64,000 nucleotides of DNA, taken from Gammaproteobacteria bacterium. Its GTDB lineage: Bacteria > Pseudomonadota > Gammaproteobacteria > JBCCGL01. Made by a program: the position numbers and the translations under genes. The notes under the pieces are model-generated. The model did not search any database. It was given only the letters and a program-made list of their open reading frames with translations, and had not been told where the DNA came from. Location of the stretch: positions 480,001 through 544,000 of the forward strand of contig OZ255836.1 in NCBI GenBank assembly GCA_965277715.1, read 5' to 3'. Of this stretch, positions 49,928 to 60,081 are shown piece after piece (the stretch's first letter is position 1; each line of letters opens with the position of its first letter).

Positions 49928-50743
49928 TTATTTCTGACGCGTCCCAATAAACTGTGTCGCCAGTAAAAGTATGGTTGAAATAATAATCATAATAGTGGAA
50001 ATGGCGGCTATCGTGGGGTCGATGAAGTCGCGTAAAGCTGCAAACATGTGTTTCGTCAGGGTTGCGTTTAATCCGCCGGATACAAATATCGCGATGATAA
50101 CCTCATCAAATGAGGTGAGAAATGACAATAAAGCCGCCGTCACAATTGAAAATTTAATTTGTGGCAGGGTGATGACAAAAAATGCTTTGAGCCGGGTTGC
50201 ACCAAGGCTTCTGGCGACGCGTTCCTGGTTCAGGTCGTAGTTGCGAAGGGCGGCGGTGATAACGATCATAACCAGCGGTGAAGCCAGTACTGTGTGCGCG
50301 AGCACTATGCCTGTAATGGTGTTGTTCAGGCCAACGCGACCATAGGCGTAAAAAGTACCAATGGCGATTAAAATAACCGGCACGATCATCGGTGTAATCA
50401 GAAAGGCAAAAATTGCCCGGGCGGCCCGGTGCCCGGAGACGAAAAGAGCATAGGCTGCCATGGTGCCAAGCGGTGTTGCCAATAGCATTGTGAGCGTGCC
50501 TGTCTGGAATGAGGTGACGGTGGCCCGCATCCACTTTGACGATTCAAAATACACGCTATACCAGCGTAAAGACCAGGTTTCCGGTGGAAACTCCAGATAT
50601 TGTGAGTTGGAGAACGACATCGGAATGACGATGAAAGAGGGAATGACCAGCAGCAGCATGATAATCGCCGCGACAATATATAACCACAGTCGGTCACCGT
50701 GGGTGATCTGGGTGTCAGACGCCGGTTTTTTTAACCATCTCAT
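49928..50743 (-). CDS. PotC-like ABC permease
   Basis: SLRWY, ARSLGA, SFDE. Confidence 0.9.
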   Translation of the reverse strand: MRWLKKPASDTQITHGDRLWLYIVAAIIMLLLVIPSFIVIPMSFSNSQYLEFPPETWSLRWYSVYFESSKWMRATVTSFQTGTLTMLLATPLGTMAAYALFVSGHRAARAIFAFLITPMIVPVILIAIGTFYAYGRVGLNNTITGIVLAHTVLASPLVMIVITAALRNYDLNQERVARSLGATRLKAFFVITLPQIKFSIVTAALLSFLTSFDEVIIAIFVSGGLNATLTKHMFAALRDFIDPTIAAISTIMIIISTILLLATQFIGTRQK

Positions 50744-50744
50744 A

Positions 50745-51653
50745 CTAATGTTTACCGAAAAGCGCCGCGTCTAATTTGAGTAGCCGCGTTGCCGTGAATA
50801 AAACCAATAACGTAGCAATCAGTAGTACCACGCCGAGCGCGCTGGCCGCCCCCCAGTTGTATTGGTTTTCCAGTATTGAGGTGATTTGCGTGGCTACCAT
50901 TATCACGCGGCCCCCACCGAGCACGGCGGGTGTGACGTAAAATCCAAGGCAGAGTACGAATACGATGAGTGATCCGGCGACCATCCCGGGGAGCGATAAA
51001 GGAAAGTAAATCTGCCAGAAAGACTGCACCGGTGATGCCCCCAAATTGGCGGCGGCGTGTATCATATCGCGCTCGATTTTTTTCATGGAACCGTAAAGCG
51101 GCAGTACCAGAAACGGCAGCATGATATGCGCCATACCAATTAGCGTACCGGTCATATTGTGAACCAGCTTAACCGGCGTTTCCCAGATACCGGCGGAAAT
51201 GGCGAAATCATTTAATAGGCCATTTTTCTGTAACAGCACAAGCCAGGCATAGGTGCGCACCAACAATGATGTCCAGAAGGGCAGCAACACGGTCAACATG
51301 AAAATGCCCGCTAATCTTTGCGGTAACATCGCCAGAAAATAAGCCAGCGGGTAGCCAATCAAAATACAGATTACTGTGGTCAGAATACTCACCTGAAAGG
51401 TGGTTATAAATACCCGTGCATAGGATTTGTATTGGATCATTTTCTGGTAATTGGCCAGCGAAAACTGCCCACTGCTATCGACAAATGACAAATAAAATAA
51501 CCAGCCAACCGGAATAACGATAATCGCCACGATTGCCAGCGAAGCGGGCAGAGCGAGGCTGAGCAGCAGCCGTTTCTCGCGCACGCCCTGAACCTTGAGT
51601 ACTTTTTCGTTCAGGCCTTCCTGGTGGGCATCATTGGCGGTCGAAGCGCTCAC
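50745..51653 (-). CDS. PotB-like ABC permease
   Basis: PFWTSLLVRTYAW, AAANLGA, GFYVTP..LGG. Confidence 0.9.
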   Translation of the reverse strand: MSASTANDAHQEGLNEKVLKVQGVREKRLLLSLALPASLAIVAIIVIPVGWLFYLSFVDSSGQFSLANYQKMIQYKSYARVFITTFQVSILTTVICILIGYPLAYFLAMLPQRLAGIFMLTVLLPFWTSLLVRTYAWLVLLQKNGLLNDFAISAGIWETPVKLVHNMTGTLIGMAHIMLPFLVLPLYGSMKKIERDMIHAAANLGASPVQSFWQIYFPLSLPGMVAGSLIVFVLCLGFYVTPAVLGGGRVIMVATQITSILENQYNWGAASALGVVLLIATLLVLFTATRLLKLDAALFGKH

Positions 51654-52771
51654 TGCGCTTTACCCTGCGGGATAATGATCAGGTCATGCCGTTTTAAACC
51701 GAGTGAAACCTTATCACCTGGTTGCAGGCTGCTCTGTGATAATGCATTGGTGCCAAAGCGAAATGAAAGCACATGCCCACTGCCCAGCGACATCAATGCA
51801 AAAGCCGTTTCACCCTGAAACACAAATTCCCGCACCTCGCCGGAAAATACAATAACCTGGTTTGGGTCGACGTTGGCACCGTCTTTTATTATGAACAGTC
51901 GTTCGGGACGAATCACCAGTGACCATTCAGAGCCGGGGTCGGTTTTTAGATCGCTCTCGATAAGGTGGTCGGCAAAAAATAGTTTACCTGCACTATCGCA
52001 GGTTAAGGGCAGTATGGTCGATTCACCGATGAAATCGGCGACAAACGCGTTAGCCGGGTGATTATAAATGGCATGTGGCGTATCAATCTGCACCAGTTTC
52101 CCGTTGTTTATCACCGCGATGCGATCAGACATGGTTAAGGCTTCACGCTGATCATGGGTAACATACACCGTGGTGACGCCGAGCTGTTCGTGCAGGTGTT
52201 TAAGCTCAATTTGCATTTGTTCGCGCAGCTTTTTATCGAGCGCGGAAAGCGGTTCGTCCATCAACAGAATACGAGGGCGAAACACGAAGGCACGCGCCAG
52301 CGCAACGCGTTGACGCTGACCGCCAGACAATTGATCGATGCCACGGTCGCCAAGGCCGTCGAGTTGCACGGTCGCCAGGGCGGTTTTTACGCGCCCGGTG
52401 CTTTCCGTTGCGCTAACGCCCCGAAGCTTCAACGGGAAAGCAATATTTTCAGCGACGCTCATATGCGGGAATAGCGCGTAACTCTGAAACACCATACCGA
52501 CATTGCGTTTGTGCGGTGGTGTGAGTATTACCTCAGTGTCGCCAAACCGAATGCTACCGGCGTCGGGTCGGTTGAACCCGGCTATCGCCATAAGCAGTGT
52601 TGTTTTTCCCGAACCGGACGGGCCTAGCAGCGTGAGAAACTCGCCGCTCTTAATGTCCAGATCAACGCGATCCAGTGCGTAGAGCTGGTTGTACCGTTTG
52701 CTCAGGCCCTGGATATGAATGGGTAGTGCGGTCGTTGGTTCTGACGGCGGGTTCTCGATATGATCAACCAA
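51650..52771 (-). CDS. PotA-like ABC ATPase
   Basis: [25 protein letters not shown]-like tail. Confidence 0.9.
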   Translation of the reverse strand: MVDHIENPPSEPTTALPIHIQGLSKRYNQLYALDRVDLDIKSGEFLTLLGPSGSGKTTLLMAIAGFNRPDAGSIRFGDTEVILTPPHKRNVGMVFQSYALFPHMSVAENIAFPLKLRGVSATESTGRVKTALATVQLDGLGDRGIDQLSGGQRQRVALARAFVFRPRILLMDEPLSALDKKLREQMQIELKHLHEQLGVTTVYVTHDQREALTMSDRIAVINNGKLVQIDTPHAIYNHPANAFVADFIGESTILPLTCDSAGKLFFADHLIESDLKTDPGSEWSLVIRPERLFIIKDGANVDPNQVIVFSGEVREFVFQGETAFALMSLGSGHVLSFRFGTNALSQSSLQPGDKVSLGLKRHDLIIIPQGKAQ

Positions 52772-52805
52772 AAAGATAACCTCTACAGAGCGTATATCAA
52801 TAGGG

Positions 52806-52832
52806 TTGCCGGGCAGAAAACCTGCCCGGCAA
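52806..52832 (-). terminator. Intercistronic hairpin after substrate-binding gene
   Basis: ttgccgggcag-N5-ctgcccggcaa. Confidence 0.6.
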
Positions 52833-52857
52833 TTTTAACAAGTGCTTTAAAACGTCA

Positions 52858-53946
52858 CTATTCGCTCATCAATTCCAGGTACATTTCAAGTGCTTCAGTG
52901 CGGTGCTTGGCGTAAAAGTCCAGGCTTACAGGCAGCATTAACGGCACATTCTTAGGGTGAGACGGCAGCGATTCAATCAATTCTTTCGGCGCTGTAGTTA
53001 CCTCGTAAGCCTTTTTGTTGGTTGGGCCATAGGTGATATGAAAGGGTAGGTTAGCCTGGTATTCCGGTTTGGAAATCTCGGCCAGAAACTTCATCGCGGC
53101 GTCCTTATTTGGCGCGCCTTTTACCATGGCCATGCAGTCAAAATCATACAGCGCCTGGTTGAAGGTATAGCCGACTTTGGCACCGTCTTTTTTGGCATTG
53201 TCAAAGCGACCGTTCCAGCCGGTGCTCATATCCACTTCGGCATCTTTCATTAGCTGAGCCTGTTGTGCGCCAGAACCCCAGAAAACGGCAATATGGGGTT
53301 TTAACTCGCGAATCTTGTCAATTGCGCGCTGCATACCGGCTCTGGTCGAAAGTACTTCGTATACCTTCTCGGGCGGAACACCGTCTGCCATCAGGGCCGG
53401 TTCGAGTGCCCCATCGACGTTATTGGCCCGGTAGGCGCGTGTGCCCGGGAATTTTTCCACATCCCAGAAATCAGCCCACGAACTGGGTGCGCCGGGGCTG
53501 CCAGGCTCGCCGTATTTGTCCGTGTTCCAGGACATGACGGTCGCAAAAACATCGGTGCCGACACAGTAATCGGTATACATACCCGGAATAAAATCTGAAA
53601 CATCGACGACGCTGTAATCGATTTTTTCCAGGCAGCCTTTTGCCGCAGCAGAAGCGGAGCCACCGGAGCCGGTGACGACCAGATCCCAGGAGACCGATTC
53701 AGATTCAACCTGCAAACAGGCTTTTGACATGCTGGCACCTGATTCCCGGGTAATGGCGATACCCGAGTTCTTTGATGCATCGTTAAACAGCGCGGCGTCC
53801 TGCGCGGCGCCGTAACTCCCACCCCAGGAAACAACGGTAACGGGATCGGCGGCGGACGCTGTGCCCACCATTGTGACGCTGGCCACCAGACTGGCGGCGA
53901 GCAAGACTGAACAATTATGACGCGTTGGTTTTTCTACATATGACAT
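52858..53946 (-). CDS. PotD-like ABC substrate-binding protein
   Basis: Signal peptide, VSWGG.Y, WADFWDVEKFPG.R, ALMADGV, WNGR. Confidence 0.9.
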   Translation of the reverse strand: MSYVEKPTRHNCSVLLAASLVASVTMVGTASAADPVTVVSWGGSYGAAQDAALFNDASKNSGIAITRESGASMSKACLQVESESVSWDLVVTGSGGSASAAAKGCLEKIDYSVVDVSDFIPGMYTDYCVGTDVFATVMSWNTDKYGEPGSPGAPSSWADFWDVEKFPGTRAYRANNVDGALEPALMADGVPPEKVYEVLSTRAGMQRAIDKIRELKPHIAVFWGSGAQQAQLMKDAEVDMSTGWNGRFDNAKKDGAKVGYTFNQALYDFDCMAMVKGAPNKDAAMKFLAEISKPEYQANLPFHITYGPTNKKAYEVTTAPKELIESLPSHPKNVPLMLPVSLDFYAKHRTEALEMYLELMSE

Positions 53947-54037
53947 GATGACTCCTCACTTCGGCTTTCATTGTGGATCGTTGGTTTAAACCTATCTTAT
54001 TTCTAGCTTACTTATGGCTGATTACCAAGGTATTTCA

Positions 54038-55144
54038 TTAGCACTCGCTAATGCGATAATCCGCTTGTTCCAGCCAGGATGAGCAGATATCAACCCCCCA
54101 GCCAGGCCCCTCGGGAATTTGTACCTTGCCCTCTTTGGCAACCGGGAACGCTTCATAGAGTCCGTATTGCCAGGGATAATATTCGTCGTCTTCAATCGAA
54201 AACTCCACGTACGGACCGGCATTTTCAATGGCGCCCATCAGGTGAAGCGTAAACACAGTGACCAGGGAGAGATTGGCCGCGTGTGGGGTGATAATCTTCC
54301 CGGCATCGGCGGCCATTTTGACAACCCGTAAACTGCGTTCCATACCGCCCAGGTAACAAATATCCGGCTGGTAAATATTCACCGTGTCATTGTCAATCAT
54401 GTGTTTCCAAAGGGCCAGGTTATTATCCTGCTCCCCGCCAGACACATTGATGGGCAAGGCGTCGGTGACCTGTTTCGTCCACTCGTATTCCCAATAAGGG
54501 CAGGGTTCTTCAAAGTGGCAGATGCCATAATCGCCCAGGACTTTGCCCAGTTCAATGGCTGTCTCGGGTCGGTAACAGCTATTGCCGTCCACCATCAAAT
54601 CGACGTCACTGCCGAGTGCCTCGCGCACGGTTTTCACAATTTCTTCGCTGCGGCCCGGCCACTGATCCTGATTGCGCCCGCATTCGGCGCCGACGCGAAA
54701 CTTGAAAGCATCGTAACCATGCTTTTCTCTTAGCTGGAGAAACCGGCTGGCCTCATCCTGGGGGGTAATATCCCGGCGCATACTGGAGGCATAAACACGG
54801 ATAGGCCGTGGGGTGCCGCCGAGCAGTTCGCAAACAGACTTTTGCTCAATTTTGCCGTGTAAATCCCACAGCGCGGTATCGACACCACAAACGGCACGGC
54901 AGAGATAAGAGCCTGGAAATTTGTGTTCTTTCTCGAAAACAAAATCAAACAGATCACCGAGTTGCGACAGCATTGAAACGTCTCGCCCCAACACCCAGGG
55001 CGCAACCTGGCGATGCAAAATAGTGCAGGTGATATCGGCGTGGTAGGTGGAGACCTGCCCCCAACCCTGGTCACCGGTATCAGTCGTGACCCGCACGAGG
55101 CCGACATCAGCGGTGGAAAAGGATTCGATACGGTTAATTTTCAT
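54038..55144 (-). CDS. Mandelate racemase/muconate-lactonizing enzyme family protein
   Basis: DTALWD, FKFR, VDGN, FEEP, GGEQ, QPD, TPH, GPGWG. Confidence 0.9.
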   Translation of the reverse strand: MKINRIESFSTADVGLVRVTTDTGDQGWGQVSTYHADITCTILHRQVAPWVLGRDVSMLSQLGDLFDFVFEKEHKFPGSYLCRAVCGVDTALWDLHGKIEQKSVCELLGGTPRPIRVYASSMRRDITPQDEASRFLQLREKHGYDAFKFRVGAECGRNQDQWPGRSEEIVKTVREALGSDVDLMVDGNSCYRPETAIELGKVLGDYGICHFEEPCPYWEYEWTKQVTDALPINVSGGEQDNNLALWKHMIDNDTVNIYQPDICYLGGMERSLRVVKMAADAGKIITPHAANLSLVTVFTLHLMGAIENAGPYVEFSIEDDEYYPWQYGLYEAFPVAKEGKVQIPEGPGWGVDICSSWLEQADYRISEC

Positions 55145-55229
55145 CGGGATTGACAGTGATTGCTCTTGTATTTATGTCGAGGTATTTATATCGGGGCATT
55201 CAATGAGAAAAGCGTCGTTATCAGTCAGT

Positions 55230-55287
55230 ATTGGTGTTTTAATGGCATTAGATAAATAACCAATATGAAATAAATGCACATACCAAT
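55230..55287. promoter_or_regulatory. Putative MocR/GabR-type operator
   Basis: ACCAAT at 55259 and 55282 plus inverted ATTGGT at 55230, between divergent genes. Confidence 0.5.
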
Positions 55288-55311
55288 TTTTTCTGAGCGG
55301 GGGCATTTCGC

Positions 55312-56796
55312 GTGGTTAAAAGCGTAGCGGGAACGCTATTTGGTTCCATCGACTTAAAGCGCGGAGGCCCGGTTCACCTACATACCCAGTTGTACAATTC
55401 GCTGCGCACGCTGATACTGGATGGTGTGTTAAAAAGTGAGCAGAGGCTGCCTTCGACGCGGGTGCTGGCAGACGAGCTCGTCATTTCGCGAACCACCGTA
55501 TTGACGGTGTACGATCGCCTGATAAGTGAAGGGCTTTTGTACTCAAAAACGGGGGCGGGCAGCTTTGTCAGCAGTATTTTAAAGCAACGCCAGCGCGCAT
55601 TGGATGGGGTGGTCACGGTAAACACCGTCTCAGGTAACGATTCGCCGCCGCTATCGCGGGCCTTCCGGGAAATGTATAAACGCTTACCGATTCGCGTCGA
55701 GACCAGCAACCCGCAGGCCTTCTCCACCGCCATCCCCGCGATTGACGTATTTCCGATGGCACTGTGGAGCCGTTTGGTTGCACGCTATAGCCGTCGGCCC
55801 GATCTGGTTCGCTATATCCCGAGTAAAGGTTATCCACCACTGCTAAGCGCCATAGCGGCGCACTTGCGTACCGAACGCGGCCTGGAGTGCCACCCGGAGC
55901 AGATCTACATCACCAACGGTGCACAGCAGGCATTGTTTTTCCTGGGAGAGATTCTGCTCGATCCGGGCGATACCGTGTGGTTTGAAAACCCCGGTTCGCG
56001 GGTTGCGCGCAATGGTTTTAGTGCGCGTGGCGCAACGTTGGTGCCGGTGCCGGTTGACAATCAGGGCCTCGATGTAAACAGAGCCATTGCCACCGCGCCT
56101 AATTTCAAATTGGCATCTGTGACGCCTTCACACCAACAGCCAAGGGGGTCGATTATGAGTCTGTCCAGGCGCCTCGAACTGTTAAATGCGGCGGATAAGG
56201 CGAATGCCTGGATCATTGAAGATGATTTCGACGGGGAGTTTTTTTACGCGAAGCGACCCTTGCCTACGCTGTTCAGCATCGCCCGAAACAAGCGTGTTAT
56301 TTATGTCGGCACTTTTAGCAAATCAATGTTTCCATCATTGCGGTTGGGTTATTTTGTCATCCCGGATACTCTGGTGGAAAGGCTCGACCAATCGGTTGGC
56401 AGCTATTTACCCGCCGTGCCGTTGCTGATTCAGGCGGCGGTGGCTGAGTTTATCGAAAAGGGTCACTTTGCAACCCATATTCGCAAAGCCAAGAAGGTGT
56501 ACATTGAACGCTACGGTGCGCTTACAGCGTCAATCCAGCGGCATCTTGATGAATACCTGGCATTAATCCCGACCGAAACCGGGTTTCACGCGCTGGCCTT
56601 GTTTAAAAAGGATTTTGACGAGCGCCAGGTAGCCGATAGGGCGATGAAAGTGGGTATATTGGTTCGTCCATTGAGTAATTACTGCATAGAACCAATGGCT
56701 GGTGTAAAAGGCATTGCGCTGGGGTATGGGTGTGTGGCACCGGCTGAAATCGACGCATCGATAATGGCATTAAAGCAGGTGTTTGAATCGTTTTAA
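55312..56796 (+). CDS. MocR/GabR family regulator (GntR wHTH + PLP domain)
   Basis: RLPSTR.LA..L.ISR.TV, TPSHQ.P.G, IIEDDFD, GTFSK. Confidence 0.93.
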   Translation: MVKSVAGTLFGSIDLKRGGPVHLHTQLYNSLRTLILDGVLKSEQRLPSTRVLADELVISRTTVLTVYDRLISEGLLYSKTGAGSFVSSILKQRQRALDGVVTVNTVSGNDSPPLSRAFREMYKRLPIRVETSNPQAFSTAIPAIDVFPMALWSRLVARYSRRPDLVRYIPSKGYPPLLSAIAAHLRTERGLECHPEQIYITNGAQQALFFLGEILLDPGDTVWFENPGSRVARNGFSARGATLVPVPVDNQGLDVNRAIATAPNFKLASVTPSHQQPRGSIMSLSRRLELLNAADKANAWIIEDDFDGEFFYAKRPLPTLFSIARNKRVIYVGTFSKSMFPSLRLGYFVIPDTLVERLDQSVGSYLPAVPLLIQAAVAEFIEKGHFATHIRKAKKVYIERYGALTASIQRHLDEYLALIPTETGFHALALFKKDFDERQVADRAMKVGILVRPLSNYCIEPMAGVKGIALGYGCVAPAEIDASIMALKQVFESF

Positions 56797-56906
56797 AACG
56801 GTTCGGTAAGGGGCGTGTACGAAATAAATTCCGGGATTCGCCAATGCATTGATTGATCTTGTAGCTGAGTTGGCTGAACGTGTTATTAACACATAGCGCA
56901 TTGTTT

Positions 56907-56960
56907 AACCTAAATTCCGCAGTTGAATCTACTGCGACCACCTAATGCACTGAATCTAAA
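56907..56960. repeat. Truncated copy of MITE-like element
   Basis: Matches reverse complement of 49735-49788 with 2 mismatches. Confidence 0.85.
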
Positions 56961-57059
56961 CCAAAACATCATGGCTAACCACGTAGCCATGAATGCGTGT
57001 ACCATCAGTTATACGGTATTCCCGTGCATACCATTACCGGCGCCCGGGGTCTACAACCC

Positions 57060-59234
57060 CTATGGCTGATTGGGCCTGGGGTTACTGCCAATAACCCAGC
57101 CTAAATCCTGGATAAAACCTATCAATACAGGCGTAAAAAGAGTCCCGTTCGCCATAAGCTCAGTCTCCAGGCTGGGCAGCACCATACCGTTAAATGACCG
57201 TGTTGATCCCGAGGGTGTATTTTGCTCGTTGGAATACAGATGCCCGGAGTTCACCGGCGCAAAGTCAAAACTCGAACCCGTAGCGCTATTATAAGCAGCG
57301 ACCCCCGCCGCCTGGCGATAGATCAATCCCTGGTGCGCAGTGCTATTACTCACGTAATTACGGAAACTACCACTGCCGGGATCCACCGGTAAATAGCGTG
57401 TGGCATTCGCCGTGGTATCCAGATTCCACAGAGACCCAATACCAAAAATATGCCCCATTTCATGGTGGATATTGGCATTGAACTCCGCTATTCGAGCGCT
57501 CCCGGTCAATACGTTGGGGCAGGTTGTGCTGGTGACTTCCACATACAAACACTGGTTTACCGCAAACATACCCTGGCTGGGAAATATATTACCGCCACTA
57601 ACATACATATTATCCAATGAAGGGGAGGCGACACCATTGCCACCGGTGTTAGCCGATTCATTAACCGAGATATTCATCTCTAACATATATTGAGTCAATG
57701 ACCCCGCCCGGCTCAAAACCTCTAACCAACGAGTGGCGCCCGCAATATAAGGTGCCTGCTCTGTTGTTGTCCATGTCCGCGTTGTACCGTCCGGCAGTGG
57801 TATAGTGCCCCGAAAGTTGAGCTGAAACGTTATATTCCCACCACTGGCAGTATTATTGACTAACGCTTGAGCACTAATTGGCAAATCCAATAAATTCAGG
57901 AAAGGGTCCATTTCAGCCGTCACACCATTACCGTTAGGCGTGGCCGATCGATCGGCAAAACGCAAGGTTTCAATATTGCGCAATGTAGTCGTGCCATCCC
58001 GGTTTAACATGGAATCCACTACTGTAATTTCAGTGCCATTTTGGGTGATGGTGTATTGGCTGAAATTACCGCGAAAGAGCGCGGTATCATTGCCCGCCAA
58101 ACCATCGAGAATGTTATTGCCCGCATTGCCCCCCAGCGTATTATCCTGTTGATTACCGGTTAAATTACTATTATTGACACCGGTTAAACGTGCGTTTAAC
58201 AGATACTGTGATCGATTGGTATAGATCTGGTTAGCGTCATACGTCAGCGTAAAAGTGCCATTAAATGTGCTGTCAATACGCGCCAGATAAGTAACAAACT
58301 CATTAAAGTATTGTCTTGGGTTAGCCTCCCCTACCAACGCCCAGCCCATCGGATCCATGGTGCGAATTTGATCGCGGGTTTGAGGCGTATATTCAAGGTT
58401 TTGCCCAGATAAGGCGGCTGAAAGCCCATAATATGTATCAATAATCTGTGCCAGATATTCCTGAGTCAGGCTATTTTCTTCAGACAACTCATTGAGAAAT
58501 GTGATGTCGCTTCCCCCCCAGATACCCAGTTGAGCGGCACCTGTAGAAACACCATTGACCCCCATGGTTATGGCGTTTTCTGTCGCTGCTCTCAATGCCG
58601 TTTGATAAGGCGCGAGTGATGTAACACCGGGTGATGTATTATTTGTACCATCTACACCAATCCCGGTGTCGTGCATCAAATGAAGAATCTCTTCAAAAGC
58701 GGCATCTCTGAATTGCGGGTCACCAGACAAATAAGCGGCTGAACCTTCTATCGGATTTTCATTTTGAAACAGTGATTGTCCAGTGACACCGCTGGGTGGC
58801 ATAGTGGTGTTATTGTCTGAACCGTTGAGCATAACCAGGGTGGCATTATTTATCGCCATTTGGTTGGCGACCAACACTTTGTTGGTGCCGTAAACTGACA
58901 GTGGCACGTTTTCCAGGTAAAAGTTTAGAATGTTGCGCGCGCGCGCCATTTGTTCATTGCTCACCAGATTTTGAGCGTAAAAGTGAATGGGCATACCGTT
59001 AGGCGCAGTGATACTGGTGTACTTAACAAAGTTATTCCTAAAAGCCTGTGGGGCCGATGTGGGAATGGTACTAATGCCCAATTCCACTGCATCTGGGCCT
59101 AAACTGCTTATTGTTGGTGTTGGTGTTGTCGTTGTCGTGTTCGATGAGCCGCCGCCACAAGCAGATAAAGCGGTAACGACGAAGCCTGTTACCGCCAGTT
59201 TTACAGATTTTGAAAAAACAGATTTTATACACAT
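57060..59234 (-). CDS. Secreted lipoprotein metalloprotease with RTX-like Ca-binding repeats
   Basis: Lipobox LSAC-GGG, FEEILHLMHD, GGNAGNNILDGLAGND, HEMGHIFGIG...H...ELM. Confidence 0.75.
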   Translation of the reverse strand: MCIKSVFSKSVKLAVTGFVVTALSACGGGSSNTTTTTPTPTISSLGPDAVELGISTIPTSAPQAFRNNFVKYTSITAPNGMPIHFYAQNLVSNEQMARARNILNFYLENVPLSVYGTNKVLVANQMAINNATLVMLNGSDNNTTMPPSGVTGQSLFQNENPIEGSAAYLSGDPQFRDAAFEEILHLMHDTGIGVDGTNNTSPGVTSLAPYQTALRAATENAITMGVNGVSTGAAQLGIWGGSDITFLNELSEENSLTQEYLAQIIDTYYGLSAALSGQNLEYTPQTRDQIRTMDPMGWALVGEANPRQYFNEFVTYLARIDSTFNGTFTLTYDANQIYTNRSQYLLNARLTGVNNSNLTGNQQDNTLGGNAGNNILDGLAGNDTALFRGNFSQYTITQNGTEITVVDSMLNRDGTTTLRNIETLRFADRSATPNGNGVTAEMDPFLNLLDLPISAQALVNNTASGGNITFQLNFRGTIPLPDGTTRTWTTTEQAPYIAGATRWLEVLSRAGSLTQYMLEMNISVNESANTGGNGVASPSLDNMYVSGGNIFPSQGMFAVNQCLYVEVTSTTCPNVLTGSARIAEFNANIHHEMGHIFGIGSLWNLDTTANATRYLPVDPGSGSFRNYVSNSTAHQGLIYRQAAGVAAYNSATGSSFDFAPVNSGHLYSNEQNTPSGSTRSFNGMVLPSLETELMANGTLFTPVLIGFIQDLGWVIGSNPRPNQP

Positions 59235-59511
59235 AATTAGGGCCTCAGTGTTGGTGATAAACAGCATGTCAGGAAAAGTGCATACGAAGCTCACCGTTGA
59301 ATTAATCACTATCGGCCAGTGTTTTAATTCCTGAATAAATTCTGTGTTAAGTGGTGTTTTCTTGGCTTTGAATTGATGGGGTACTCGTTTTAACAAGCAA
59401 GTTGGCTTCTATGGCTTTGCTTGTGGGGTGTGTGCATAGGGTTTCGCCCGTGGTGTTTCAGTGTATTTCTCTATCTTTTTACAAGCTAAGCTACCGCTCC
59501 CCGGCATATGC

Positions 59512-60081
59512 CTAAACAATTTCCAGACCAAACTGCCTTGCCGATTCGACAAATCCCTCCCAGAGTGACAGCGCAAATCCCCGTGGCATGAATAATTCAT
59601 ACCCCTTATCCGATCGCCAGAGTGTCACACCAACGTGGTGGGTGGCAGTGGATGCAACCGAGCCGACAGGAAAGGATTGCTCGCGTAAATCGAGCGATAA
59701 GTGCCGGTTTAAAAACGCGCTGGCTTGTGCGCCATTGATGCGTATCTGTGTCCGGGAGTGTGATATATCCAGCGTGGTGCCCTGGTCGGCGTCGAGTGCA
59801 GGGGCTGTTGTGCCATACAACCACCACGTTAGTGGTTCAATGCGAAGTGCCGCAGCCTGTTTGCCGGCTTCTGCCTTGCAGGGCGCCGGTGCGCTGCCGC
59901 AACCCACTGCCTGGGCAAGCTGCCCGCCCACGGAGGTCACGCTACCCGGCCAGGCGGCAACCTGGTACAACACAAGCCCCTCAATCACCTGGAGGCTAAC
60001 GCCCGCGATGTTCTCTTTACCCAATAAGCCGGATTTGCCCGGCTGGTAGTGGCCAGCCAACGCTGATATTCGATCAACCAT
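59512..60081 (-). CDS. soxG: Sarcosine oxidase gamma subunit
   Basis: DISHSRT.I...G, LDLR...F..G, RGFA.SLW; operon order. Confidence 0.88.
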   Translation of the reverse strand: MVDRISALAGHYQPGKSGLLGKENIAGVSLQVIEGLVLYQVAAWPGSVTSVGGQLAQAVGCGSAPAPCKAEAGKQAAALRIEPLTWWLYGTTAPALDADQGTTLDISHSRTQIRINGAQASAFLNRHLSLDLREQSFPVGSVASTATHHVGVTLWRSDKGYELFMPRGFALSLWEGFVESARQFGLEIV

